In this document: one piece after another, positions 1 through 11,901 of the stretch
Position numbering within the stretch: position 1 is the stretch's first letter
Layout: every line of letters starts with the position of its first letter
Source: Octopus bimaculoides
Lineage: Eukaryota
DNA length: 64,000 nucleotides
Direction of reading: 5' to 3'
Assembly (NCBI RefSeq): GCF_001194135.2
Contig: NC_068981.1
Coordinates: forward strand, 58,538,377 to 58,602,376
Notes under the pieces: model-generated
What the model saw: the letters and a program-made list of their open reading frames with translations, nothing else
Databases searched by the model: none
What the model was told of the DNA's origin: nothing
Translations under genes and position numbers: made by a program

Positions 1-1125
1 GAAATTTCACAGATTTCTCCTCGATAGAAGTTTCTAGCTTCAGATAGACCACCGACCATTACTAGCAATTTTCAGATCGAAGAAAGGAATTCCTACACAT
101 ATCGCTAACAATGCTGGGGTACAACATTGATAAATTACAACTTTAAGATGGAGTACATTCCTTCTAAGAAAATTGGCCACGTAGATTGTTTATCTAGGCT
201 AATTCCAAAGAATGCAGAACTGCTGGAAGATACAGTGATAGCCGTATTACAATCAGAAAAGGAAATTAAAAACGTTATGTGTAATGTCATTCAGGAGTTA
301 CCAGTGACTGTACAAGATATAAAAAGTAAATCAGTGGAAGACAAATACATCATAAAAGTGAAAGAAACCTTGAAAGGTAAACACAAAGGTGAACTATTTT
401 TCACCCTGCAACAATGTATTAATGTACGCACAAAGAGTGGCAGTACCAACTGCACTACAAAAATGGATATTACATGAATTTCATAGCGGACACCTAGGGA
501 TGTCAAGAATAAAAGCCTTGATAAGGAGTTATGAGTATTGGACCGGGATGTTAAAAATTTCGTAAAATCATGTAGAGGTACCACCAGTAAAATAGCAATC
601 GCGGTTTGAGATAGATAGTCCGTGGTCCAGGGTACATATAGACTACGCTGGACCAGTGAATGGTCATTGTTGATAGCTTTACCAAATGGGTGGAAGCATG
701 TAGGTGCAATCAATCTACCTCGAAGGTAACAATAAAGTTCCAGCATGAACTTGTTGCTCGATACAGTATTCCGGACACCATAGTATCAGACAATGGAACA
801 TAATTTACAGGATATAAGTTCAAGAAATTCTGAAAAATGTATGCAATCAAGCACATGTTTACCCCGCCCTACCACCTGAGGTCAAATGGGTTAGCAGAAT
901 GATTCATAGACACTTTTAAGCAAGCACTAAAAAAAGCAGGGAACGAGTCAGGAAATGACGAAGCACTAACTCAATTCTTAGGGATGTACAGAATAATGCC
1001 CAATTCAAATACCAGTTCAGGCGAGTCGCCTGCAGAGCTAATGTTTGCTCAAAAGATTAAACCAATCTTCGACAAATTGTTGCCAAAGGAAAAATCGTAT
1101 AGAGAAAATACAAAAAATTCAACTT
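1..1125 (+). mobile_element. Ty3/Gypsy LTR-retrotransposon pol remnant (RNase H end, integrase Zn-finger and core), frameshifted
   Basis: DHRPLL, NYNFKMEYIPSKKIGHVDCLSRL, HSGHLGMSRIKAL, WSRVHIDYAGP and TPPYHLRSNGLAE motifs spread over several frames with stops. Confidence 0.9.
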
Positions 1126-1149
1126 AACATTTTGATGTCAGAAGTGACT

Positions 1150-1480
1150 ACTAATACCTCAGTGGCCAACAGGATTTGACTCTCCACTTGCTGGCACCTG
1201 AGATGCCTAGCATGTTGAATATCCTGCTGAGAGACTGGCCCTGCAGCTCCTCTACATTCTGTCTCAATGAGATTACACCTTACTCATCACCTACTGTTTT
1301 AACATACTTCCATCAGCTCAGTATACTTTGCTCTCTTCCTCTTGTTGACCTCCTCAATGCAGTTACCCCAGGGAGAGATCAACATCATATCTGACTTCAG
1401 TGACCTGGAGGCAACAGTTTCTGGGAAGCTCAGCTACTTCTCAAGGCCAACTTTTCAAATCCCAACTTGTGTAAGTTATG
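1150..1480 (-). mobile_element. HERO-like non-LTR retrotransposon, restriction-like endonuclease (RLE) C-terminal remnant
   Basis: Minus-strand fragments FPETVASRSLKSDMML, PWGNCIEEVNKRKRAKYTELM and AGxSLSRIFNMLGISGA resemble the RPD..ELTVPWE..EEAHERKRAKY RLE signature. Confidence 0.65.
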
Positions 1481-1595
1481 CAGATAGTGCCAAAGTGGAG
1501 TTAGAGATGGACACAAACAACAATTATCTATACATAGAATCAACACCTGGATAAATGACATGAAATTCCAATGCCATAATCAATATTTATGTGAA

Positions 1596-1660
1596 GTGTG
1601 TGTGTGTGTGTGTGTGTGCACGCATATATATACATATACGCACACACACACACACACACA
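1596..1660. repeat. (TG)n/(TA)n/(CA)n compound microsatellite
   Basis: Read directly from the sequence. Confidence 0.95.
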
Positions 1661-2198
1661 AATATATCCACTCAGCTATACACACACTGATATATAAACG
1701 CATATACACTATGTGTTGTAGACTTAATTCATTACCCAGTTTCATACCATCCAGACTTTGGAACCTTTAAAAGAGTTTAACTTTGTTGCAAGCAGTTCCC
1801 TAGTCATAAGTTACAGGCCACACCCCATCCTTTCTTACAGCCTGACAAAAAGTGTTACCACTCCTCCACTAATAGGTCATAAAACAAAATCCAGAGTTAA
1901 ATTGCTAATCAATTCCTGAAATATTTAAAATCATAACGTAGAGATTACTTTGTTAATTAACAAAGTAATCTCTACGTTATGATTTTAAAAATATGAGTCA
2001 GTAAACTGACTCATATTTCTAAAATCATAATAAAATTATCATGTCTATAGTTTAATGATAAAAAAAAATAACAGATATTAATGAATTAAAAACTATTACG
2101 AGCTAAAAATATATTGAAATTATTCAATGAATTGCATATACTTCCAATCCTAAAACTTAAAAGTAAAAATATGTGATAAGTAAATAGTTGATATTTAC

Positions 2199-2316
2199 GT
2201 GGGCCAGGTCTGACATCACTCCAATTAAATGTTGATGCAAAAAATCCCAAAGGAAAAGCACCAATTCCAAAAGTCATATGAAAATTGCCTTCTCCAAATC
2301 CAAAGTTTGAAAATGC
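2199..2316 (-). CDS. RNF185: RNF185/RNF5 coding exon 4 ([39 protein letters not shown])
   Basis: Long pyrimidine tract + CAAG acceptor, GTAAAT donor; 118 nt. FGIGAFPxGxF is the hydrophobic segment of RNF185/RNF5. A further exon is required and was not found in 1-2198. Confidence 0.95.
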
Positions 2317-2464
2317 CTTGAATCCAAAAAGAAAGGAAGAGAAGTGAAAAAAAAAAAAATTAAAATATTACTTTGAAGCATCAAAAAAATATAGTAATAA
2401 AAAGAACAATCTACTGAAAAATAAACAAAAATAACTGTAAAAACAAAATATATTTAATACATAC

Positions 2465-2519
2465 ACTTTGGTTTTCTGGTTCTGTTCTTTGGCCAGGTGG
2501 ACGCGGTGGCATTTTATTC
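2465..2519 (-). CDS. RNF185: RNF185/RNF5 coding exon 3 (R-NKMPPRPPGQRTEPENQS)
   Basis: TTGCAG acceptor, GTATGT donor; 55 nt. PPRPxGQRxEPEN is the RNF5/RNF185 motif and the frame is continuous with the neighbouring exons. Confidence 0.95.
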
Positions 2520-2880
2520 CTGCAATATATTGATATATTAATGTGTGTATACACACATTGTACATATTTGTGATATAAAACATTCTAAACACTAACTTAA
2601 AATAGAAAGAACAAGCTCTCTAACAGAACTTGAACTTCATATCTACAGCCTTCTAGACAACTCTGAAACCAATTATATTACAGAGTATCTTTTCTCACCC
2701 TGTCAAATTAGGTTAAACAAATTTTACTGGTATAAATTAGAACTTCTATTTCCACAAATATCACATTTATTTGTCTGTTAATTTTGTGATTCACTCAGAA
2801 GAAATCTGATGAGTCTCATTCTTAAAAGACAAATACCCTGTGGTTTCAACAGGTTGTACTATCACAGAGATTAAGTATTG

Positions 2881-3764
2881 TTCTATTTCATCGAAGGCTT
2901 TGAGTAACACATCTCTAAATCTCCGTCCATTTGCAGGATCTTTAAGCTTCCAGACCCTTCTCCTCCATGCCGGTCTACTTCTGGGCATCCATTTAGCCTT
3001 GATCCCAAAGTCTCTAACTACTAATCTGTATTGAGGGGTACATTCTTCACCTGGGAAGGTTTTAGCATTTATAAGCCATCCTCTTTCCCTATTTCTGGCG
3101 AGGATGTAGTCAATTTGGTTAGTGTGTCTGCTGGAACGGTAGGTGACTAGGTGACAGGCAGGTTTCCTGAAGTTGGNNNNNNNNNNTTGGTTAGTGTGTC
3201 TGCTGGAACGGTAGGTGACTAGGTGACAGGCAGGTTTCCTGAAGTTGGTATTGCAAACCATAAGATCATTTGCATCACAGAACTCCAGCAGTCTGGTTGC
3301 CGCCTCATTGCGGGAACCGAAACCATAGCCTCCATATACACCATGGAAGCCCCCTGCACGTTGTCCAACATGTCCATTGAAGTCACCAGCCACAAAGAGA
3401 AGGTCCCTGTCATTCGTCAATGAGGTAGTCTGCAAAAGGGTGTCATAGAATTGGTCTTTCTGCCCATCCGGTAGCCCCGGTTGAGGGGCAGAGGCCGAGA
3501 TGACGGTAGCTAACCTATGGTGAAGCACTAATCTAATCTTAAGTACTTTGTCACGTACTCTGGCTACCTCGATTACCTTATCAACCCATTTCTCTGCAAG
3601 AAGTATTCCCATGCTCCCAACCCCGTCAGTGTTACCTGCCCAGAAAATCTTGTACCTGTGTTCCTTGCCTGTGAGGAACCTAGCGGAACCTCTTCTCCAC
3701 CTTACTTCTTGGCTGCAGCACAAATCTACACATCTCCGTTCAAGCATCTCAACAATCTCATCAG
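2881..3764 (-). mobile_element. RTE-clade LINE, APE endonuclease region
   Basis: ORF 2791..3768 with QEVRW, SAPQ, AGDFNGHVG, QIDYIL and motifs typical of RTE APE endonucleases. Confidence 0.93.
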
Positions 3765-5259
3765 GCAAAGTTCAGAGAGCTCTTACCTCTGCTGGTGACA
3801 AAGGCCTCTCATTCAGAGTAAAAGGCAGAGTGTCTGACGCATGTGTATGAACAGCCATGCTACATGGAAATTAAACATGGGCCGTGACTGCTGAGGACAT
3901 GCATAAGCTCGCAAGGAATGAAGCCAGTATGCTCCAATCGATGTGTAATGTCAGTGTGTATACTCGACAGAGTGTAAGTACCTTGAGAGAAAAGTTGAAC
4001 CTAAGAAGCATCAGTTGTGGTGTGCAAGAGAGCCGACTGCGCTGGTATGGTCATGTGGCGAGAATGGATAAGGATAGCCGAGTGAAAATGTGCCACACCC
4101 TAGCAGTTGAGGGAACCTGTGGAAGAAGTAGACCCAGGAACACCTGGGATGAGGTGGTGAAGCACGACCTTCAAACATTAGGTCTCACCGAGGCAATGAC
4201 TTGTGACCGAGACCTTTGGAAATATGCTGTGCGTGAGAAGACCCTGCAAGTCAAGTGAGACCATAATCCAAAGCCTCTACCAGGGCTGTAGCCAGCCCAC
4301 TTATGCGTACCTTTCCTTCATTGGACACTAAACTCTGCTTGTGAAGACCTGTTGAGGCAAGTGAAATCGAAATTGAACTAAATTCAACGACTGGCACCCA
4401 TGCCAACCTTCCTTCATTGGACACTAAACTTGGCTTGCAGAGACCTGTTGGGGCAGGTAAAATCGAAATTGTGATGGCACCTGTACCAGTGGAGCGCTAA
4501 GAAAACTGTCCAAGCGCGATCGTNNNNNNNNNNNNNNNNNNNNNNNNNNNNNNNNNNNNNNNNNNNNNNNNNNNNNNNNNNNNNNNNNNNNNNNNNNNNN
4601 NNNNNNNNNNNNNNNNNNNNNNNNNNNNNNNNNNNNNNNNNNNNNNNNNNNNNNNNNNNNNNNNNNNNNNNNNNNNNNNNNNNNNNNNNNNNNNNNNNNN
4701 NNNNNNNNNNNNNNNNNNNNNNNNNNNNNNNNNNNNNNNNNNNNNNNNNNNNNNNNNNNNNNNNNNNNNNNNNNNNNNNNNNNNNNNNNNNNNNNNNNNN
4801 NNNNNNNNNNNNNNNNNNNNNNNNNNNNNNNNNNNNNNNNNNNNNNNNNNNNNNNNNNNNNNNNNNNNNNNNNNNNNNNNNNNNNNNNNNNNNNNNNNNN
4901 NNNNNNNNNNNNNNNNNNNNNNNNNNNNNNNNNNNNNNNNNNNNNNNNNNNNNNNNNNNNNNNNNNNNNNNNNNNNNNNNNNNNNNNNNNNNNNNNNNNN
5001 NNNNNNNNNNNNNNNNNNNNNNNNNNNNNNNNNNNNNNNNNNNNNNNNNNNNNNNNNNNNNNNNNNNNNNNNNNNNNNNNNNNNNNNNNNNNNNNNNNNN
5101 NNNNNNNNNNNNNNNNNNNNNNNNNNNNNNNNNNNNNNNNNNNNNNNNNNNNNNNNNNNNNNNNNNNNNNNNNNNNNNNNNNNNNNNNNNNNNNNNNNNN
5201 NNNNNNNNNNNNNNNNNNNNNNNNNNNNNNNNNNNNNNTAAACGATGATGATGATGATA
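3764..5259 (+). mobile_element. RTE-clade LINE 3' portion (ORF2 C-terminus, 3' UTR, (GAT)n tail), spanning an N gap
   Basis: AKFRELLPLL...RLRWYGHVARM...GRSRPRNTWDEVVKHDL...DRDLWKYAVREKT; tail TAAACGATGATGATG at 5239-5259. Confidence 0.9.
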
Positions 5260-5306
5260 TACATATATATACACACATATATATATTCATATACATATAC
5301 ATATAT

Positions 5307-5337
<31 letters not shown>

Positions 5338-5429
5338 CACATGTACACATATATACACACTCACAATACACACTTATCAAACATAAGCATCTTGAATGGG
5401 AAGTTAGAATGAATAGGAAGGTGGCAGAA

Positions 5430-5710
5430 TATGCTTTGACCCAACACTAGTCTGCATTACACAGATGGCATAGTACAAGTTGGTAAGAGAGTAAGCAATA
5501 CAGAGACAAGGCAGTCAGACAGCTCCAATGTCACTAATAGTGGCTTAGTGCAGTGAATTAGAGATGGAAAATAGGCAGCATGAATATATAAGATAGAAAT
5601 GAATAATTCAGATAAAAAGCATAGAGATAAGAAGTTATCAAAGAAACAAGAGTTGGGCAGCTGAAGGAGGCATAACGGAGACATATCAGGTAAGAGACCC
5701 AAATAGAGAT
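5430..5710 (+). mobile_element. Very degenerate LINE RT fragment
   Basis: Purine-rich plus strand with weak LHYTDGIVQV (YADD-like) and EVIKETRVGQL remnants. Confidence 0.3.
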
Positions 5711-7240
5711 ATATATCTTTCCGCCTGCAGAACATAAAGTAAAATCATTGAGAATGTGTGTTGATATGATACGCAACTAAATGTGAAAAGCTTCACACAC
5801 GACTCCACTTGCTTCATTTCATGTTATCTAGACATAGAGCTCTTCTGACTTGAGACTATGTATTAGCAAATTTATATATCCAGGTATTTGGGTCAACATG
5901 AATAGTAAGATCTTGATAAACAGAAGTCACCATAAATTACTTTTGTTCTTAAGAAATGCATGTTGCTTCAACTACAATTTCTTACACACAGCTGGATAAA
6001 AGTGCTTAAGGCAATTTTTTATCATTAGATCACCTTATGTTTAAATTGTAAACAATGACTGTAACAGTGTGTTCATAATGTATGAATTATGAATTAATCT
6101 AACATCAAATAAAGTGCTGAAACATTACTTTGTTGTACAGCCACAAAGAGTACATAAAAGAATATACAAATTGAAACATTTAAAGAAAAATGTTGAAAAT
6201 TCTAATACAGCTAATAAGAAAATTAAAACTATTAGATGATGGAAATATTGGGTATACAAATGTTTAAAGCAGAATTTATATATAGTACACAACAATTAGT
6301 GACTAACACTATTTTGATATAAAATTAGGAGAAAATACTTTGAAAGGTCCTTGTATAGGAGACATTCAGAAGATACAAAGAAAACATCTACTGCTTGTTT
6401 ATGAGCATGATACCAGCAAAAGACTGCTAAATGCAGACTATGTCCCACCACTTAAAATATTTCTTGTATTGAAAGCACCAGCATAGGGCAAATTAAACCT
6501 ACATGTGTTGAGGAAAGGAGACTTTCTGTTCAAAAATCTGATGATATACTCTGGTCAGAGCCCTTGTAGGAAGGATGAAGCACCCTTTGACCTCAGGACA
6601 TGAAAAGAATAATGCTTTTCACACAATACTCATGCTACCTAACTATGAACAGAAGGCACCAATTCCCTAGAAACCAGTAGGACAAAAAATTTATCCCAGT
6701 AATTTTAAAACAAACAAGATGAAAAGACTGCTCAGAAGATTAGGAAGGGATATCTTTTGATGATCACATGACGATAAAATACTAAGAAGAAAAATAATCA
6801 AAACAAAAAGAAAAAAAAACTTCAAAAAATTACAATAAAAATGCTATGCAGAAACTCTTATATGCAAGTTTGTAAGATATATTAATAAACAATCTATAAT
6901 ATTTGATTAGTTGTGGCACTGAATTGCATAATTGTATTTTAATGAAAGTTGCATTTTTCAAAAACATAATCATAATGTTAATACATAATTTAGAATATAT
7001 CACTGTGTACAAAATAAAGCAATATCACTGAAAATAACGTATGTTGATATCCTATGACCTAAAGCAAAATGAAAGCACACAGCTCCACTTAAAGTATGAG
7101 CCTGTGCATCATTTCAAGGTATACAAACAAACACTTCTGTTTGATATTTCCTAACTGATTTATATTAATTGAACTCATCACTAACCTATCAATTCAGTGA
7201 CAACTACACTTAATTCAAAGTATAATCGTTAATTACATAC

Positions 7241-7372
7241 CGTGGGTCTTTTTTATCATTACTTCCTTTACCATAAATTGGAATCACTTTATCTCTACTG
7301 ATACCAGCTTTGCAAACAGGGCAAACTTTTCTATGAGAACAAGTTTCAAGCCATTGATGGAGACAAGGCCAG
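7241..7372 (-). CDS. RNF185: RNF185/RNF5 coding exon 2 ([45 protein letters not shown])
   Basis: T-rich tract + TAG acceptor, GTATGT donor; 132 nt, phase 2-2. Completes the RING (CWPC...CPVC) and carries the family motif [14 protein letters not shown]. Confidence 0.96.
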
Positions 7373-9074
7373 CTAAAAAATAAATAAATAAAAATTAAAT
7401 TAGATAATTAAATTATGGCAAATCTTTTATTTAAACAAATTGATATTTCCAATTCATCATTATTGCATGCTTCAAATATCTTTAAACATCAACATTTCAT
7501 TTAACTTTAAAAGAAAAAAAATTTTGGTTCCTTAAAGCTGTGTTTATATTCAAAAAGGAAATGTATTGTCCAACAGCTCTTTAATAAAAAAAAAAACATG
7601 AAGATTTGTGAGTTTGGTGCAATTAATGTAGAGTCTGTTTGGACAAAACTCATGAGAAGAATTGTATGTAACATTACATCACAAACAGCAAGAAACAGAA
7701 GTAGACATAACTATCAGTTTTGAATGGGCATTGGGTTCACCAGAAAGTTCTGATGAGAATACCAAAAATCCAATGCCTGTAACAGTCAAATATGCTTTTC
7801 ACGATGAAAACTTCTATAGCACGAAACAGCAGTTTAAATTTATGTTAATCAACACGCTAAAACACTAGACTGGTTACTTGCAGTCAAGAACTCACCATGA
7901 ACTTAAATGTCTTAATTTTATGTTCAATACCAACTCTTAATTTTGAAACTGTATGGAGTAAATTATCAATTTTATGAGTCTAGTGGCTAAACTCTCAATA
8001 TAACAATGAGGTCATTTTACTTTTGTTATGTTTACTCTTAAATGTTGATTTGGTAACTTTTTAAACTTTTATTGTAGCTTTTAGATTGATTCTATCGAAC
8101 ATCAAAAATTCAAACAATATGATGTCTTGAATTCTTCAGTAAGGGCTTAGAGTTTTAACTTATAAAATTAGATTCTAATCTCCCAGGCACTGACACATGC
8201 CTCAATAATCTAATAGATTATGCTGTTTTTTGGAGGAGGGGTCTCTCATAAATAAAGGTTTGTAGTTCAAATCCTATCTGGTATTATGTACAGGGTTAAG
8301 ATAATTTGTAAAGATTGGAGTTCAAACTGATTGAAAGGTAAATATTGAAAAATTCTTATTTCTAAAGATATATAAAAAAATTACAATTTTATTGAATACA
8401 CTTAGTTTATGTATGATCTTTTTGCTATTCTTATGCCATGTTTTATTTGATTAATGCTGAATAGGGCTACCCAATAATATTTCAATAAACACAGATTCAA
8501 CTTAATGCATAACACCAGAAATTGGTATCTCATTTTCTGAGTAAGCCATACATATCTAATTTACATAATTTATAAAATTGTATCTGATTAATCTGACAGA
8601 AGTATGAACGAAATAGCTACTTGTGCCAATTATTTTAAAATGAAGTAAAATCATTTCATAATAAATATCTTTACCTCACATCAAACTAGTTTCTGCACAA
8701 TTCTTCTAACAATGCAAATTTTTCAATAAATACACTTGTGTTTACTGAAATACATTACTAATTTTGGAGTATAGCATTAGGCATTTTTGAATAAGTTATT
8801 CTTATATAAGAACTATTAACAAGCATGGTTTTTCCAGCAGTCCTAAAATACTTAAAATTTCAATGATTCCATTATGTATCCTTATCTTATTTTACCCATT
8901 TGTGTGCTATTTATATTACAACTAAAAACACTTCCTGTGAAATAAGCTGAGTATCCACTCAGTGGGGCAATTCTAAAAAGCTGTGTACACACATGCACAA
9001 ATATTAATATTTTTATTGTAACAAATTGTAGTCAACTATTTTTCTATTAATCCATTTAGGAGTGTAGATAGAAG

Positions 9075-9410
9075 TTAATTTTAGTTCTGGTTCAATCCCA
9101 CTACTCAGCACCTTGGGAAAGTGTCTTCTACTATAGCCCCAGACTCACCAATGCCTTGTGAGTTACTTCATTAGGTGGAAACTGTATGGAAGCCTACATA
9201 TGTATGTGTCTGTCTTTGTGTTTGTCCACTACCACCAATTGACAACCTGTATTGGTTTGTTTATATATCATTAATTCAGTTGTTTAGCAAGAATAAGTAC
9301 CAGTCTTAAAATAAATTGAGGTCAATTTGTTTGGCTAAATCCTTCAGAGTAGTGCCTCAGCATGGCCACAGGCCAATAACAGGAACAAGTAAAAGGTAAC
9401 AGATAAAACA
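9075..9410 (+). mobile_element. tRNA-derived SINE family B (other copies: 16385-16535 -, 38690-38890 +, 52975-53200 -, 58087-58470 +, 61305-61465 +, 62450-62555 +)
   Basis: Shared body GGTTCARTCCCACT..CACCTTGGGCAAGTGTCTTCTACTATAGCC and 3' half GACAACC..GTGTTTAC..AATAAGTAC..GCATGGCCACAG. Confidence 0.8.
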
Positions 9411-10079
9411 CTAATTAAAAATTAGATGAAACAATGACATCATTATGACATTTAAATGAGTTCAAAACCTACTGTGACTGACCTTGATTTATCACTCTTG
9501 AGCTACTAAAAAAAGTTAACACAAGACTGATTCAATGAAATCAATAACAGCATTCTACTATGCTCCGTTTACTATGTAAAGGGGGCATAGTAGAATGACA
9601 GAGATAAAGAGTGATTTAACTCTCCCAAATTTTTACTCATACTCTCTCAATTTGTGAAACTACCATAGCAGGAAATTTCTTTAACTGTGGCTTCTAATTC
9701 CAAGATGTATATCAATATGATACAAAAAATCAATGACCTGAATTAATGATTTCAGAGGATTTGTATAACACTTTCAACTGCACTTGACTGATGAATAAAT
9801 AGGTTAAATTTAACAGCAAAATGGAGCTTGGTTTAACAAAATACATTCAATACAATCAGACAAGAGAACTTCTTAGTCTGATCTGTGAGAAACAGCAGCC
9901 AAATCCTACTCATATCATACTCTGCAATCTTATAAAATAGAAGTACATTAGAAAATGTAATAAAAATACACAAGACAGGATGGTCTTAAATGCTTTGACC
10001 AGGGTTGAACAGAGGCTAAACAATGTTGAACACATTTGATATAAGGGCTATAGAAAGTGGATAATAAACTTGGTTATAG

Positions 10080-10330
10080 CTTCATCATCATTTAATCGCC
10101 ATTTTCCATGCTGGCATGGGTGAGACAATTTGACAGGAGCTGGCCAGCCAGAGAGCTGCACCAGGCTCCAACTGTCTGCTTAGACATGGTTTCTATGGCT
10201 GGATGCCCTTCCTAACACAAACCACTTTACAGAGTGTAGTGGGTGCTTTTTATATAGCACCAGCACCAGTGTTTTATGAGGTGTTGGCAGGGGTGCCTTA
10301 TACATGGCACTGGCATGAGTGCTTTTTACA
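10080..10330 (-). mobile_element. RTE LINE 3' UTR/tail fragment (also 15652-15838, 34307-34467, 46206-47160, 61468-61630 on -; 32520-32862, 40000-40522, 44880-45172 on +)
   Basis: Recurrent (CAT)n-CGTTTAACGTCCGCTTTCCATGCTAGCATGGGTTGGACG...GCTGGATGCCCTTCCTAACGCCAACC motif, identical to the 3' end of the longer RTE copies. Confidence 0.9.
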
Positions 10331-11299
10331 TGGTACTAGATATTAACAAATAATAGTATTGTGAAGCTGATAACAAAATGGAACAACTTAAGAAAAAAAA
10401 GCCCTACTTTTCCAAAATATATATATAATGACTACAAAGATAACTTTCAATCTCAACTGAAATGTAGATTAAGAAGCTTCTCCAAGATGAACTGGGTTCA
10501 GTCAACAGACAATTACATAATTATCAATTGCAAAATTAAGAACACACTAAATCAATTCAATGAAATTGTAGAGCTGCAGTAATTAAACAGTTTAACAATA
10601 CAGAGTATAAAACATATAACAGATTTACCCAATTTGACATAGTAGAATGTTACCCATTTATGATAAACTCTTTTTCTTAAAGCTTTGAAATGTGGGCAAA
10701 GAGCACACCATCATCAGTGATGATGATATTATGAATGTCAGGAAGTGACTTATTTCACGGCAACATATACTGAGTCAGAAAAGAGGGCAATTCTGCTTTA
10801 TTTGAAGTTACTGTCCCGTAGATGGCAGGTTTTGTACAAGTGGATACCTTTTCGATATTCAACCACTTGAGAGAGAGTAGGGTGGGGGAGAGAATACATA
10901 TGTATATATGTGTGTGTGTCTGTCTGTCTATATATNNNNNNNNNNNNNNNNNNNNNNNNNNNNNNNNNNNNNNNNNNNNNNNNNNNNNNNNNNNNNNNNN
11001 NNNNNNNNNNNNNNNNNNNNNNNNNNNNNNNNNNNNNNNNNNNNNNNNNNNNNNNNNNNNNNNNNNNNNNNNNNNNNNNNNNNNNNNNNNNNNNNNNNNN
11101 NNNNNNNNNNNNNNNNNNNNNNNNNNNNNNNNNNNNNNNNNNNNNNNNNNNNNNNNNNNNNNNNNNNNNNNNNNNNNNNNNNNNNNNNNNNNNNNNNNNN
11201 NNNNNNNNNNNNNNNNNNNNNNNNNNNNNNNNNNNNNNNNNNNNNNNNNNNNNNNNNNNNNNNNNNNNNNNNNNAAAAATGAATCAATCAAATAAGGTG

Positions 11300-11890
11300 T
11301 TTAGAGCCAGTTAGGCCACCTCCCTTATGTGAATGATTATAAGTATGTGCCACTTTCTCAATTAAGTGAGAAGAAGGGGAAGAAATAGAAATGGGTTTAT
11401 CCCTGCTAGGAGAGGAGATATCTTGCTGTGCAAAAGACGAAAGATCACTAATTGAGTTGATGTATCTTAACTTGTCTTTGTAACCTGCCTTCAATAAGGC
11501 TGAATTATAAAAGTCAGCCTCCTTATTGAAAATGTGGGAGTTAGAGGAAAGTTTAGAAAGTCTGATTGAAATACTCTTAACCAAATTACTAGTGATAGAT
11601 CTTGGATGGTTACTAAAAGGGCTTACGTACTTGAGATTAGTTGATGGTTTATGGAAAGGAAAGTGTGTGTTACTATGTAAGTCTAAAGTTACGTCTAGAA
11701 AGTTTGCTACAGAGACCTCATCCTCAAAAATGATACCAAAACCCATTCTCCTGCAGAATCTAGCAAACCTATTTTTAACCTTTTGGATACGCTGGGAAGA
11801 AACATTATGGAGGTATAGCAGACAATTGTCCCTGTATAGACCTCCATTTATGTTAGGGAACTGGTCTGCCATTTCGTATAATATATACAA
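11300..11890 (-). mobile_element. Penelope-like element RT C-terminal/thumb fragment (YRDD type, probably Neptune-like)
   Basis: ORF 11288..11890: GGLYRDN, NFLDVTLDL, PFHKP, SNHP, IRLSKLSSN, YNSALLKAGY. Confidence 0.85.
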
Positions 11891-11901
11891 ACTACATATA
11901 C

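Noticed and set aside
1-2198. Search for the terminal TM-coding RNF185 exon
   Set aside because: No acceptor plus hydrophobic FLSRLFL-like segment found; the space is Gypsy, HERO and AT-rich intron, so the exon is probably outside the window.
3115-3248. 62-bp direct duplication around a 10-N gap
   Set aside because: Exact copies on both sides of a placeholder gap indicate unmerged contig overlap, an assembly artefact.
4414-5380. Long ORFs full of X (also near 10.8-11.3, 15.7-16.3, 33.7-35.0, 36.6-36.8 and 46.3-47.3 kb)
   Set aside because: They are open only because N runs and microsatellites contain no stops.
5457-5735. Hydrophobic 92-aa minus-strand ORF after a good CAG acceptor
   Set aside because: It is the antisense of a purine-rich decayed LINE, has no donor or homology, and does not fit the RNF185 frame.
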